Below are positions 1 to 9,800 of a DNA stretch of 27,692 nucleotides, piece by piece (the stretch's first letter is position 1; each line of letters opens with the position of its first letter). The position numbers and the translations under genes were made by a program. The notes beneath the pieces were generated by a model, which searched no databases, was not told the DNA's origin, and saw only the letters and a list, made by a program, of their open reading frames with translations. This stretch comes from Promethearchaeota archaeon (GTDB taxonomy: Archaea > Asgardarchaeota > Lokiarchaeia > Sigyniarchaeales > SOKP01). The DNA lies in contig JBHLNT010000042.1 in the NCBI GenBank assembly GCA_048941265.1, positions 1-27,692 of the forward strand. The letters are read 5' to 3'.

Positions 1-1
1 A

Positions 2-301
2 AATTCTACAAACGATGAGAATACTAAATTACACTATTTTTTATATAAAAAGGATGAAAATAATCTGGAGATGACAAGAGAAGATCCTAAAATTAAGCCA
101 GATTTAATTTTATATTTCACAGAAAAAGCTATCTTGAATTTTATTAAGGGAAATCCAAGCGCAGATGAGTATTATGTTCGTTATCGTGAAATTATGGACA
201 ATCCCCAACCTGGAATTGAAGTGGATAGCTTAGTTAATAAGCCCAGGCTTATGCTTTGGAAGATTGGGTATAGAAAATGGCAAAAAGACTTTAAGTTTTA
301 A
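2..301 (+). CDS. Hypothetical protein, probably 5'-partial; weak resemblance to an SCP2/sterol-binding-like fold
   Basis: The frame of ORF 71..301 is open back to position 2 (NSTNDENTKLHYFLYKKDENNLE-MTRED...) and ends in TAA. The segment 'PDLILYFTEKAILNFIKG' recalls SCP2 'PDxxxxxxExxxxxxxxG'; the product call is tentative. Confidence 0.6.
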   Translation, partial: NSTNDENTKLHYFLYKKDENNLEMTREDPKIKPDLILYFTEKAILNFIKGNPSADEYYVRYREIMDNPQPGIEVDSLVNKPRLMLWKIGYRKWQKDFKF

Positions 302-381
302 TATTGATTGATATATTAAAATTATTTTTATTATATCTCTTTTTTTAATTTTTATTAAATCAGATTTTAGATCCGATTTTT

Positions 382-876
382 ATGCAAACTGAAATTCGTC
401 AAGCTATTATAAAGGACGCAAAAGCAATCTCAGATATCTGGAAAATTATCTGCAATGAGCGAATATATACCGCAGTTAATAAACCATTTACAACTGAGCA
501 AGTGCGGAGTTATATTAAATCTCTGTCTGATAGAGAGGGTATCTTTATAGCCATAATTAATGATTTAATTGTAGGTTTCCAATCTTTAGATATGTGGGCG
601 AAATATACAGACTCTTTTGATCATGTGGGCGTTATTGGAACATTTATCTTGCCAAAATGGAGAGGGATGAAAATTAGTTCTCATTTAGCAAATTACACTT
701 TTGATTTTGCCCGTGATAAAGGATATGAAAAATTAATAATTTATGTACGGTCTGGAAACAAAAATGCTTGCGTATTTTATAAAAAGTTAGGATTTGTACC
801 CAAAGGTGTCTTAAAAAAACAAGTTAGGATTGATGGAAAGTATGAGGATGAAATCTTCATGGAATTATTTCTATAA
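382..876 (+). CDS. GNAT family N-acetyltransferase
   Basis: 164 aa. N-terminal 'IRQAIIKDAKAI', acetyl-CoA-binding region 'FILPKWRGMKISSHL', motif B 'NKNACVFYKKLGF', and C-terminal 'DGKYEDEIFME'. Confidence 0.9.
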   Translation: MQTEIRQAIIKDAKAISDIWKIICNERIYTAVNKPFTTEQVRSYIKSLSDREGIFIAIINDLIVGFQSLDMWAKYTDSFDHVGVIGTFILPKWRGMKISSHLANYTFDFARDKGYEKLIIYVRSGNKNACVFYKKLGFVPKGVLKKQVRIDGKYEDEIFMELFL

Positions 877-898
877 AAATAAAAAAAAGAGAAGCTGA

Positions 899-1090
899 TT
901 ACTCAGTCTTCTTTCTTATAATGTATGGGTACTCATCTATCATTTCGAAATGTTCAGGATAGTTAAGTTTCCATCCACGAGATTTAAAGATTTTTCTTTT
1001 AATTTTTTGCGTATGAATAACTTTCCTACTGACTCTTTTTCGCGGGTATTTTCTTTTCTTTTTTCTTTGTTTTTGATATACGATTGACAT
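899..1090 (-). CDS. Small, highly basic hypothetical protein (63 aa)
   Basis: K/R-rich ORF ending in TAA, 58 nt downstream of the co-oriented 258-aa gene, with a GAGGTG SD-like motif at 1117-1112. Confidence 0.5.
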   Translation of the reverse strand: MSIVYQKQRKKKRKYPRKRVSRKVIHTQKIKRKIFKSRGWKLNYPEHFEMIDEYPYIIRKKTE

Positions 1091-1148
1091 GCTAATCCGT
1101 CATGGATTAGGCACCTCGAATTCTGTAATTTTTTTTAGAATAATGGTT

Positions 1149-1925
1149 TTAATCGACAAATTTAACTCCGTTAAATATCGCCCTCCCTGAGATAAAAGAG
1201 GTTCTCGCTTCGTTATTTTTTACCACCCGAAACCAACCGTGTAATTTTAAAGTCTTATGGTCTCTATGGGAAATCTTACCTTTAGCAAATTGTCCTGCTT
1301 GAATTGTTAGCAATAAATCGGCGATATGTGAATTTCCAGATCTCCACATAGACTCTCCTAATGGTCTCTTTTTTTCAACTAAATTCAAATTTTTGTTGAT
1401 TTCTTTTAATTCTTCTTTTGTTGTAGGAATAAAAAACCATTCCCCTTGTCTTTTAATCCTATTAGTACCTGATTCCTTGTCAATCACATCATCAGGTTTT
1501 AAAGCTTTATGAGCGTCTTTGATTTTATTAATTGGACCTAAATTACGTGGCAGTTCAGCAATAAACAAATGACATTCGTCCATTCCCATTAAATATTTTC
1601 TTAGAAGTCCAGGTGATTTTTGTTTTTCATAAACCCAATCTCTTTTATTTCGATCCCATAATCTTACTGAATATTTCCTTTCAGGCTCATTAACTAATAA
1701 AATTAATTGTTGCTTTCCGGAATCAGTATCAATTACTCTCACTTCATTATCTCTATGACCGGGAAAGATTCTAAAATATTCCTTTATGTGCTTTTTACCC
1801 TTAGTATCAATTGTCATTTGAAAAATATCTTGATTATTAACTGAAAAACTAATAGAGCTTAGGGATTCTTTTTCCACCTTAATTGGCAATCCTGCCTTGG
1901 CAAACCATAATTCTAAATCTTGCAT
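1149..1925 (-). CDS. Hypothetical protein with a C-terminal RQG...GxxH...HxxH...VD His-containing domain
   Basis: 258-aa ORF. Motifs KRQGEWFFIP, SGNSHIA, ISHRDHKTLKL, WFRVVKNNE and terminal FVD. Confidence 0.8.
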   Translation of the reverse strand: MQDLELWFAKAGLPIKVEKESLSSISFSVNNQDIFQMTIDTKGKKHIKEYFRIFPGHRDNEVRVIDTDSGKQQLILLVNEPERKYSVRLWDRNKRDWVYEKQKSPGLLRKYLMGMDECHLFIAELPRNLGPINKIKDAHKALKPDDVIDKESGTNRIKRQGEWFFIPTTKEELKEINKNLNLVEKKRPLGESMWRSGNSHIADLLLTIQAGQFAKGKISHRDHKTLKLHGWFRVVKNNEARTSFISGRAIFNGVKFVD

Positions 1926-1980
1926 TTTAAAATTTTCTTCTTTTTTGTTGTAAACTCTAATGAATTGTTATTTTTTTTAT

Positions 1981-2020
1981 CAATCTTTTATTAAAGAATA
2001 AAGAAGATTGTATATTTAAA
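1981..2020 (-). promoter_or_regulatory. TATA-like box with an adjacent inverted repeat upstream of the 258-aa gene
   Basis: On the minus strand, TTTAAATA (2020-2013) is followed by CAATCTT-N16-AAGATTG (1981-2010), which has an inner TTATT/AATAA pair. Confidence 0.4.
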
Positions 2021-2597
2021 TCTATCGTATTTATCCATTGATCACACTAATCTCCCTTCCCAGATCTACATCTAAGTCAATTTAATATAATAATAAACGA
2101 TATATGCTCAATTCATAGAAAAATATCAAAAGTTATCTGACATTTTCATTGAACATTTAGCTTCCTCCTAAGAATTTGGTAAATTATTACTTATTAAGCC
2201 TATTGCTGAAATTTAAGTAATAATAATCTTTTACTACTTCTTACAAAGCTTTATGATCCCGAGTAGCTTCTTAGGCTACATTACAGTTATCCTATCAAAA
2301 TAGGTAAGATCATCTTTTTTATGATGGGTGTTTGAATTTTTTCCTTATCTAAATCAAGAGATCTCCAATAAAAACCATTGAAATATAGATTCATTTTGAT
2401 AAATTCCATTTTCCATCAGTATTTCAAAAAATTAGGTATTATAAAATAACATTAAACAATAGTATTTAAATTATATGGTGAAAACTTCTTGCTTCCTCTT
2501 TTTTTCCCATAATTGTGGGAATCTAATACCATTCAATATGAAAAAAATAGGAATTTATCTAAAATCTCCAAAAAAAAAGAGAGAGGAATTTTTAATT

Positions 2598-4091
2598 TTA
2601 GATCTTTGAAATAGGGGCACCACATTTGTCACAAAAAATATCAAAAACAACAGACTGCTGACAATTTGGACAGATTATGTATAATCTTGCTCCACAATTG
2701 ACACAAAACTTATCGGGTTTAACATTTTGTTTACAATTAGGGCAAGTTATGTAGGATATACTGGGAGCAGGAGTAGATTCGGGTTTAGAATATTTTTTTG
2801 ACTGTCTTATTATAATTACAAATGTAAAAATAATAACCGCTGTTAAGATACCAAAAAACTCTACACCAGAAAGATATGCAAGTATTGCTTCCAAAAGTAT
2901 TGATCCTTCTTCAATCTCATAGATTAATGTATTTCCTATCACAGTAATAAAGGTATAAAGGGTATAATTAAGTAATATTAAGCTAACTGCTAAATTACTT
3001 ACCGCATTTTCAGAATCGCTATTTAAAGGTGTAGTAAGGAATTCTTGATCATAACTTTGATTAGATATATGCTCTTTAGATTTAATATTAAATTTTTGCA
3101 GTTTTTTATCTCAATCATTATAATATTCTCTCAATTCATCACCAATATCATCTAAAGTTCCTTGAATAAAGAAAAACACTATAACAATAAAAGAAATTAT
3201 AGGTCCAGCTAAATTAACAAACAATCCAATAATAAATGGTATAAGAATTGCTGCAACGATTGTATAGATGGCCGATATATGACTTATTGTATAGCCAGAT
3301 CTCCAATTTCTTTTTATTAGAGCTGGAATTCCTATAAAACCTAAAATTAGGAACATAAATGAAAGAAGTCCTAGCATAGCAAATAACATCACATCAACTG
3401 CACGAATATATTGAAAGGTAAATAACATTACTAAATAAAATATCCAAGGAATTGGAAATAAAAGAAAGGACCAAGACTGATTGTCATAGAACTTTTCAGA
3501 ATATTTATCTTCGAATGATTGCATCTTATCTTTCGTTGCTATAAATGCTAAAATTCCCATGATAGCCATTGAACTAAAAAACAGAAAGACTGCTAAGAAA
3601 ATCATTATCAATATCACTATTTGGGTAAGAATGATATAGAACATAATTTGTGCGATTAGAAATAAGAACATTATTAAACAGATTGTTATAAACAATATCA
3701 ATCTAATTTTTCTTGTTCTTGAAGCATATTTAGAAGTGTCCCAGTACTTCATTTTAAGAAACTTATTTTTTTCAGGATAATTCTTGTAATTTTTCGCACT
3801 CTTATAGAAAAATAGGAGTTCAATAATAATAAACAAAAATACAATTAAGAGAAGTCGGTCGCCCGCAACTAAGAAAATTAATGTAATTTGATTAAATTCC
3901 CCTAAGGATGTTATTAGTAGGAATGCTATCCCGTAATATATTCCTATAGAAACTAACAAAATCAATAATAACTTTATATAATAGCGGAATTCAGGAGTTT
4001 GCCATAAAAATTTTATTCCATCAAAATGTTTTTTTACATGTGTTACTGATGTTTCTTCTATTTTATTAGATAAAGAGTTATTTTCGCCCAT
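2598..4091 (-). CDS. Multi-pass membrane protein with a C-terminal double zinc ribbon, interrupted by one in-frame TGA (3113-3111): nonsense pseudogene or readthrough
   Basis: ORFs 3111..4103 and 2598..2942 are in the same frame and the intervening 3110..2943 is stop-free (DKKLQKFNIKSKEH...YTFIT). Likely start is ATG 4091, 8 nt after GGTGA. C-terminal CPNC/CVNC/CPNC/CDKC. Confidence 0.75.
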
Positions 4092-4287
4092 TTTATAACT
4101 CACCTTTAAGGTTTTTTTATAATAAACCTATAAGTACTATTTTTTTTTAAACAATTTAAGCTTTTTTTCAGTTGTTATTCATACTAAAACTTGTGAGTCA
4201 TAAATTTATTTAGAAAGCAAAAACAAGAAAATTAATTAAATTACTTAAAAAAATAAATAAAAAGTAAAATTTAGGAATAAGATTTAG

Positions 4288-5742
4288 TTAATGTCCTAAC
4301 TTTAGCAATTTTTCCTTATTTTCATCAGCTAGTTCTTTAGTTATATTAAAAAATTTCCAGATAAGGATACCTGCGATAATAGTAATAATCAATGGAAGAA
4401 TTGATATATACACTAATAATCCAAATTTTGCAAACGCGGTATTTTCTGTTCCTTTGAGAGGATCATAAAGAAAAATAGCCACTACGGCTGCGAGTAATAG
4501 AGCAGAAGTAGTTTTTGACGTAGCACTGAATATTTGATTAATCGCAAAATATTGAGCTTCTTCGCGTTTTCCATATTTTAAAGTATCGTGATCTACAGCT
4601 TCGATGGCCATTAATCCCCGTGCAGTACCTTGAGCACCCATACCCATTCCCATGATAAAGGAAAATAAAGTTAAGGTCCAAATATCAATGGTAAATATCA
4701 TCAAAGAAAAACCAATAATTACAATATATATTCCAATCATGAAAGTTTTCTTAGCACCATATTTTGTAAGTAATTTATAACTTAAAATTCCAAAAATAAA
4801 GGCTCCAAGTAGTGCTCCAACTTGTGGTAATGCTGTATAAGCAATATCTAGGCCAAGAACGTCGACAATATATAAATCATATCCTAGCACTATCATGCGC
4901 ATTATAAGGCCCCATTCTAAATAGGCGATAACAAAAGCCATCCAATTTCTACTTGTTAAGGCTCTTTTTCCCGCGTCCCAAACGGACGCTTCTTCTTTTT
5001 TAATAATATCAAATTCATGTCTAAATTCTCGCATTTCTTGAGGTTCCCAGATACCATAAGCACGAACAGGTAAAATTGAAATGTATAATATTGCCATTAC
5101 TATAGCCATCATAAAATAAGCGTAAGGATCATTTACTCCTCCGAAAATACTTATTGAAAGTGGTATTAGAATAATACCTAATAGTAAGCCAATAGTACCA
5201 ATAATTGATCCTACTAGTTGAAACCTTGCCCGCGATTTCTGATCTCGAATCAAATCAGGAACTAACGCTCGAGAATTTAATTCCTCGATGGTTTGCAGAG
5301 TATCCCATAGGGAAACTGAGAATGCAAGCCATATTATTGCTATTAATGTTTGTTCTGGGTTTACCAACCCTCCTTCGGGCTTAGTTTCCCAGATTGGTAA
5401 AAATATTAGTATTAATGCGAGGGCATTCCCCACTCCACCAACCATTATGAAAATAAAGCGCTTACCCCATCGTTTCGTAAATTTTGTAGCTCTATCTGAT
5501 AAATGTCCAACTAGATATTCATTAAGAATATCCGCAATAGTGAATATAGCCATAAAAAGGGCAACCATTAGAGCAGTCAACCCTAACACCTTTAAGGCAT
5601 ATAATTGTATTCTAAATGCTGCCGTAAACATTACCTGTACAAATATACCTCCTGCAGCTAACGCAATAATTTTTTTTGTAGGAGGTGGTGTGTATCCCCG
5701 ATCTAAGCCTGTGGCTTCTATTTTAGATTGTGGTTCCGACAT
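4288..5742 (-). CDS. MFS transporter, glycoside-pentoside-hexuronide (MelB/GPH, MFS_2) family
   Basis: 484 aa with about 12 hydrophobic segments. Loop motif 'GHLSDRATKFTKRWGKR', 'DHDTLKYGKREEAQYFA' and a C-terminal 'FNITKE' tail typical of MFS_2. Confidence 0.9.
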   Translation of the reverse strand: MSEPQSKIEATGLDRGYTPPPTKKIIALAAGGIFVQVMFTAAFRIQLYALKVLGLTALMVALFMAIFTIADILNEYLVGHLSDRATKFTKRWGKRFIFIMVGGVGNALALILIFLPIWETKPEGGLVNPEQTLIAIIWLAFSVSLWDTLQTIEELNSRALVPDLIRDQKSRARFQLVGSIIGTIGLLLGIILIPLSISIFGGVNDPYAYFMMAIVMAILYISILPVRAYGIWEPQEMREFRHEFDIIKKEEASVWDAGKRALTSRNWMAFVIAYLEWGLIMRMIVLGYDLYIVDVLGLDIAYTALPQVGALLGAFIFGILSYKLLTKYGAKKTFMIGIYIVIIGFSLMIFTIDIWTLTLFSFIMGMGMGAQGTARGLMAIEAVDHDTLKYGKREEAQYFAINQIFSATSKTTSALLLAAVVAIFLYDPLKGTENTAFAKFGLLVYISILPLIITIIAGILIWKFFNITKELADENKEKLLKLGH

Positions 5743-5892
5743 TTTTTTACTCTTAAAAAATAATTTAATTTTAATATTAACTAGTAATGAATTTCGATAG
5801 TGATATACTTAAATTTTTCTCTTAGGTTAGTATACCATTAAAGAAACATAATTAAAGATAAATAAATAAGAAAATTTTCTCAAGAATCCAAA

Positions 5893-7713
5893 TTAACACT
5901 CTGGTTCTTCACATATTTCCTTGATTTTTTCTATATATTCGAGGGATTGGTGTCTGAAGTAAGTATTATATAGATTAGCGTATTTTCCCCCGCGTGCTAT
6001 TAATTCTTCATGGTTGCCTTCTTCTACTATCTTCCCGTGATCTAAAACTATTATTCGTTCGACATGCCGAACCGTCCAGAGACGGTGTGCTATCACAATT
6101 GAAGTTCGTCCTTTTATGGTCTTTTCAAGTGCGTCTTGAATACGAGTTTCAGTAAAAGGATCAACTGACGCTGTTGCTTCGTCTAATATCAATATAGAAG
6201 GATTTTGGAGTAAAGTCCGAGCGAAAACAACTAATTGACGTTGTCCCATCGAAATTAAATTACCTCTTTCTCCAACATAAGTGCTTAATCCATAACTTAA
6301 GTCTTTAATCCAGTCGGCCCCTCCTGCTTTATCTAAAGCATCCAAAACTTCTTTCTCAGTAGCTTTATCGCTTCCATACTTAACGTTATTTAGTAAAGTG
6401 GTTGCCCATAAAAAGGGCGTTTGGGGTATAATTCCAATATGCTTTCTATAGGTCTTTAGGTCAAAATCCCTTATTGATATTCCATCGATTAAAATATCTC
6501 CCCCTTGAAATTCGTAAAATCTTGCTATTAGTTTTGCTAAAGATGACTTACCAGCACCAGTATGTCCCACAATGGCAATAGATTCACCAGGATTGATAGT
6601 CAATGAAAAGTCTTTAAATACTTCCTTTTTTTTATCGTAATAAAAAGTTAAATTCTTGAATTCGATCTTTCCCTTTAGAATTTCAGGCTTTTTATTATCA
6701 TCTTGAACAACAACAGGTAAATTATCTATCAATGCAAAAATTCGCTCAGATGCCGCCAACCCGAGCTGAAGTTGGGGCCAAAAAGCAGCTATAGCTAATA
6801 AAGGGAAGAATAGCATGGATAAACTTTGTAAAAATAAATATAAGTCGCCTACGCTCAGCTGACCGTTAATAACAAAATTCCCACCAAAATAGATAATTAA
6901 AGCTAAAATAATCCCTTGAGTCACCCCAAGAGTAGGAAAAATTGAAACTAGTATAAAACCTTTTTTTAAGTTGACATCATAAGATTGGTTATTGACTTCT
7001 TGAAATTTTTTATACAATTTCGATTCCTGTCGAAAGGTTTTTGCGATCTGAATTCCACTAAAACTCTCTTTAACATAAGCATTAACCGATGCTAATGCTC
7101 TTTGACCTAAAAGAGTCAAACGCCTGGCAACTTTTCTATACGTTAAAGCCACAATGAAAAAAATCGGAATTGATATCATAAAGATCAATGCTAAGGTTAA
7201 ATTTATAAACAACATAAACGCTAATAAAATTATAATCATTAAAAATGAAGAAAGAACTTGCATAGTTAAATCTACGATTTGTCCAAAATCACGACTGTCC
7301 GTATTCATCCGGCTGACTATTTTTCCTATCGGATTCTTATCAAAGAAAGATAAATCCCTATCTAATACGGCAGCATTAGCACTATGTCTTAAATCTAAGA
7401 CGATATCTCCTATAACCATTGAAGAATATTTTTGGCGAAAGTAATTAAAAATCCAAGCCAAGCAATTTAATGAAAAAATCGAAATAATTATAAATACTAA
7501 ATAGATAGGCTCTCTATTAGTTTCTAAATTACTAATAGCTATTGAGGTCAAAAGCGGAATAGCTGCATAAGTAAAAGCTGTTGCAGTTAGTAATAGTGTG
7601 ACTATACCCATTTTTCGTTTATATGGACTAAAATATTTAAAGATTCGGTTTAATAAATCCTTATCTTTATATATCCGGTCATATTGTTCTGCTTCTAAGC
7701 CGTACCATGCCAT
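5893..7713 (-). CDS. ABC exporter half-transporter (TMD+NBD), heterodimer subunit B, copy 1
   Basis: Walker A GHTGAGKS, Walker B ILILDEAT, degenerate signature ISMGQRQ and H-loop IAHRL. Starts 1 nt after the partner's stop. Confidence 0.95.
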   Translation of the reverse strand: MAWYGLEAEQYDRIYKDKDLLNRIFKYFSPYKRKMGIVTLLLTATAFTYAAIPLLTSIAISNLETNREPIYLVFIIISIFSLNCLAWIFNYFRQKYSSMVIGDIVLDLRHSANAAVLDRDLSFFDKNPIGKIVSRMNTDSRDFGQIVDLTMQVLSSFLMIIILLAFMLFINLTLALIFMISIPIFFIVALTYRKVARRLTLLGQRALASVNAYVKESFSGIQIAKTFRQESKLYKKFQEVNNQSYDVNLKKGFILVSIFPTLGVTQGIILALIIYFGGNFVINGQLSVGDLYLFLQSLSMLFFPLLAIAAFWPQLQLGLAASERIFALIDNLPVVVQDDNKKPEILKGKIEFKNLTFYYDKKKEVFKDFSLTINPGESIAIVGHTGAGKSSLAKLIARFYEFQGGDILIDGISIRDFDLKTYRKHIGIIPQTPFLWATTLLNNVKYGSDKATEKEVLDALDKAGGADWIKDLSYGLSTYVGERGNLISMGQRQLVVFARTLLQNPSILILDEATASVDPFTETRIQDALEKTIKGRTSIVIAHRLWTVRHVERIIVLDHGKIVEEGNHEELIARGGKYANLYNTYFRHQSLEYIEKIKEICEEPEC

Positions 7714-7714
7714 G

Positions 7715-9553
7715 CTATACTTTCTCCTCTCCTTTTAATAATTGTTCAACGCTAATATCAAACTTTTTGATAAATATTTTCTGGTACTCGTCTGACGCTT
7801 TTAAAAGCTCTTCATGCGTGCCTTGGGCTATAATTCTGCCACTCTTTAGAACAATGATAAGATCAGCCCATCTTATCTGACTTAAACGGTGAGTAATTAT
7901 GATTGTTGTCCTGTCTTGAAGGATATTGTGTATTGCGCGTTGAATTTTGTCTTCAGTGTCAGAGTCAATTGCTGACGTAGAATCATCTAGGATAAGAATG
8001 CGTGGATCCGTAAGAAATGCCCGAGCAATGGCAATTCTCTGTCTTTCACCACCACTTAACTGAACTCCCCGTTCCCCAACCTCAGAATTATAACCATTAG
8101 GGAATTCAGATATAAATTGGTGTGCTTGAGCTTGTTTAGCTGCCATCTCTACCTCTTCTATAGAACTTACTCTCCCAAAAGCTATATTTTCAAAAACGGT
8201 TGTGGAAAACAAGAAAACATCCTGTTCAATGTATGATATTTGACTTCTAAGAGATTCCAACGCATAGTCACGTACATCTACATCATCTATCAAGATCTTT
8301 CCTTCATCAACATCATATAATCTTGAAATTAATTTAGTCAATGTCGTTTTTCCTGACCCCGTGGTACCTACAATTGCGACTGTTTGGCCTGGTTTTATTT
8401 CGAAAGAAATATTTTTTAATACTAAAGAGCCTTTATCATATGAAAAAGAAACATTTTCAAATTTTATACTGCCATCTATTAACTTTTCAGTACCTTCAGG
8501 ATTTTCATCAATATCAGTTTCCTGATTCATAAAATTGAGTAACCTTTCAGAACTTGTTATAGCCATTCTTACAACTGCAAATACAAATATCGAAATAAAA
8601 GTGGAAAAGCGAAGAAGACTTATTAATCCCAGATATGCTATGATTTGGCCAATGCTAATAAGCCCTAGTGTGTATAAATAAATAGAATGCGCTAGCCCAA
8701 ATGTAACCGATATAGCAAAAAATAAAAGCGGTAAATACTTTGCTTGAATGTTACCTTGTTTCACAAATGCATCTCTGTATCTTTTTGCTTTTCCAAAATA
8801 TTTTTTCATTTCGGTCTCTTCTTGGGTCGTTCCTTTTACTACTTCTATTCCCGTTAAAGTTTCATTTAAGATAGCATTCATTTGCCCAAATTCTGCCCTC
8901 ATTATCCCAGTCACGGTACCAATTTTACGAATATAATCTCTTAATGTAATGAGAAAAATTATTACAAAAGCAATTGGGACTATAAGTAATTGCGTGGGAA
9001 AAAATAAGGCAATATATATTATAGGAATAATCATAGAAGTGAAAGATTCTAATATAAGAGAAAATGCGGGACTAATCATGAAATTAAGCATACGAACATC
9101 ATCAGTAGTACGTGCCATGATTTCTCCTATTTTTTGCTGATCGTGAAATGATTGGCTTTTTCCTAGAAGGTTTGCGTAAAATTCCTTACGAACATCTCTT
9201 TCTAACCTTTGGGCCAATACCTCACGCAACATAGAATTTATTAATCTTAATATTGGTGCACTAATCCCTAAAATTAAAATTATTTCAACATAAAACATTA
9301 AATTCGAATTATTTCCATTTAAGAAATCTGATATCGCCATACCTAAAACAATCATTGATATCGAAGTTAAATTAACAGTAAGTATAGTGAGGAATAGAAC
9401 GGTAAAAACATAATATTTATTGGACTTATAAAATAAATGCGCTAAAATCCATTGTCTGGTCCCTTTTTGACGAGCTTTAATGAATCGCTCTTCAGTTTCC
9501 GGCGAAAATTCTACTAAGGGTGCTACATTAATGTTTTTCGAATTTGTTTTCAT
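7715..9553 (-). CDS. ABC exporter half-transporter (TMD+NBD), heterodimer subunit A, copy 1
   Basis: Walker A GTTGSGKT, signature LSGGERQR and degenerate Walker B ILILDDST (catalytic E replaced by D). Confidence 0.95.
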   Translation of the reverse strand: MKTNSKNINVAPLVEFSPETEERFIKARQKGTRQWILAHLFYKSNKYYVFTVLFLTILTVNLTSISMIVLGMAISDFLNGNNSNLMFYVEIILILGISAPILRLINSMLREVLAQRLERDVRKEFYANLLGKSQSFHDQQKIGEIMARTTDDVRMLNFMISPAFSLILESFTSMIIPIIYIALFFPTQLLIVPIAFVIIFLITLRDYIRKIGTVTGIMRAEFGQMNAILNETLTGIEVVKGTTQEETEMKKYFGKAKRYRDAFVKQGNIQAKYLPLLFFAISVTFGLAHSIYLYTLGLISIGQIIAYLGLISLLRFSTFISIFVFAVVRMAITSSERLLNFMNQETDIDENPEGTEKLIDGSIKFENVSFSYDKGSLVLKNISFEIKPGQTVAIVGTTGSGKTTLTKLISRLYDVDEGKILIDDVDVRDYALESLRSQISYIEQDVFLFSTTVFENIAFGRVSSIEEVEMAAKQAQAHQFISEFPNGYNSEVGERGVQLSGGERQRIAIARAFLTDPRILILDDSTSAIDSDTEDKIQRAIHNILQDRTTIIITHRLSQIRWADLIIVLKSGRIIAQGTHEELLKASDEYQKIFIKKFDISVEQLLKGEEKV

Positions 9554-9800
9554 TTACTTTTCGATTGCTTTTTTTTCTTACTTAACGTAATTTTTAAAAT
9601 AGAAGAGATAAGAAAAAATTTATTATTTTTAAGAAAATAGTAATAATCTATTATTGAATCACTAATCGTATTATTATCTAATTTATTCTTTATGATTAAC
9701 TAATATAATTAGATATGTCTATTTCTTATTTTTAACTATAATTATTAATTAGATTATCAAAAAAGTTTAGGAAAATTACCGATTAGACAAGAGAGAAAAG

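Noticed and set aside
2450-3113. Selenocysteine at the TGA 3113-3111 with a 3' SECIS
   Set aside because: The context is not a Cys/redox motif. The 3' region starts with a U-tract terminator-like stretch, and I could not see an AUGA/GA SECIS core by eye. A SECIS covariance search would be needed to exclude it fully.
5288-5800. 170-aa plus-strand ORF
   Set aside because: Antisense shadow of the MFS gene with no recognisable motifs; expected opposite hydrophobic-codon genes.
9554-9800. AT-rich inverted repeats (ATCTAATT/AATTAGAT) between the ABC pairs
   Set aside because: Expected by chance at this AT content; no transposon ends or target-site duplication seen.
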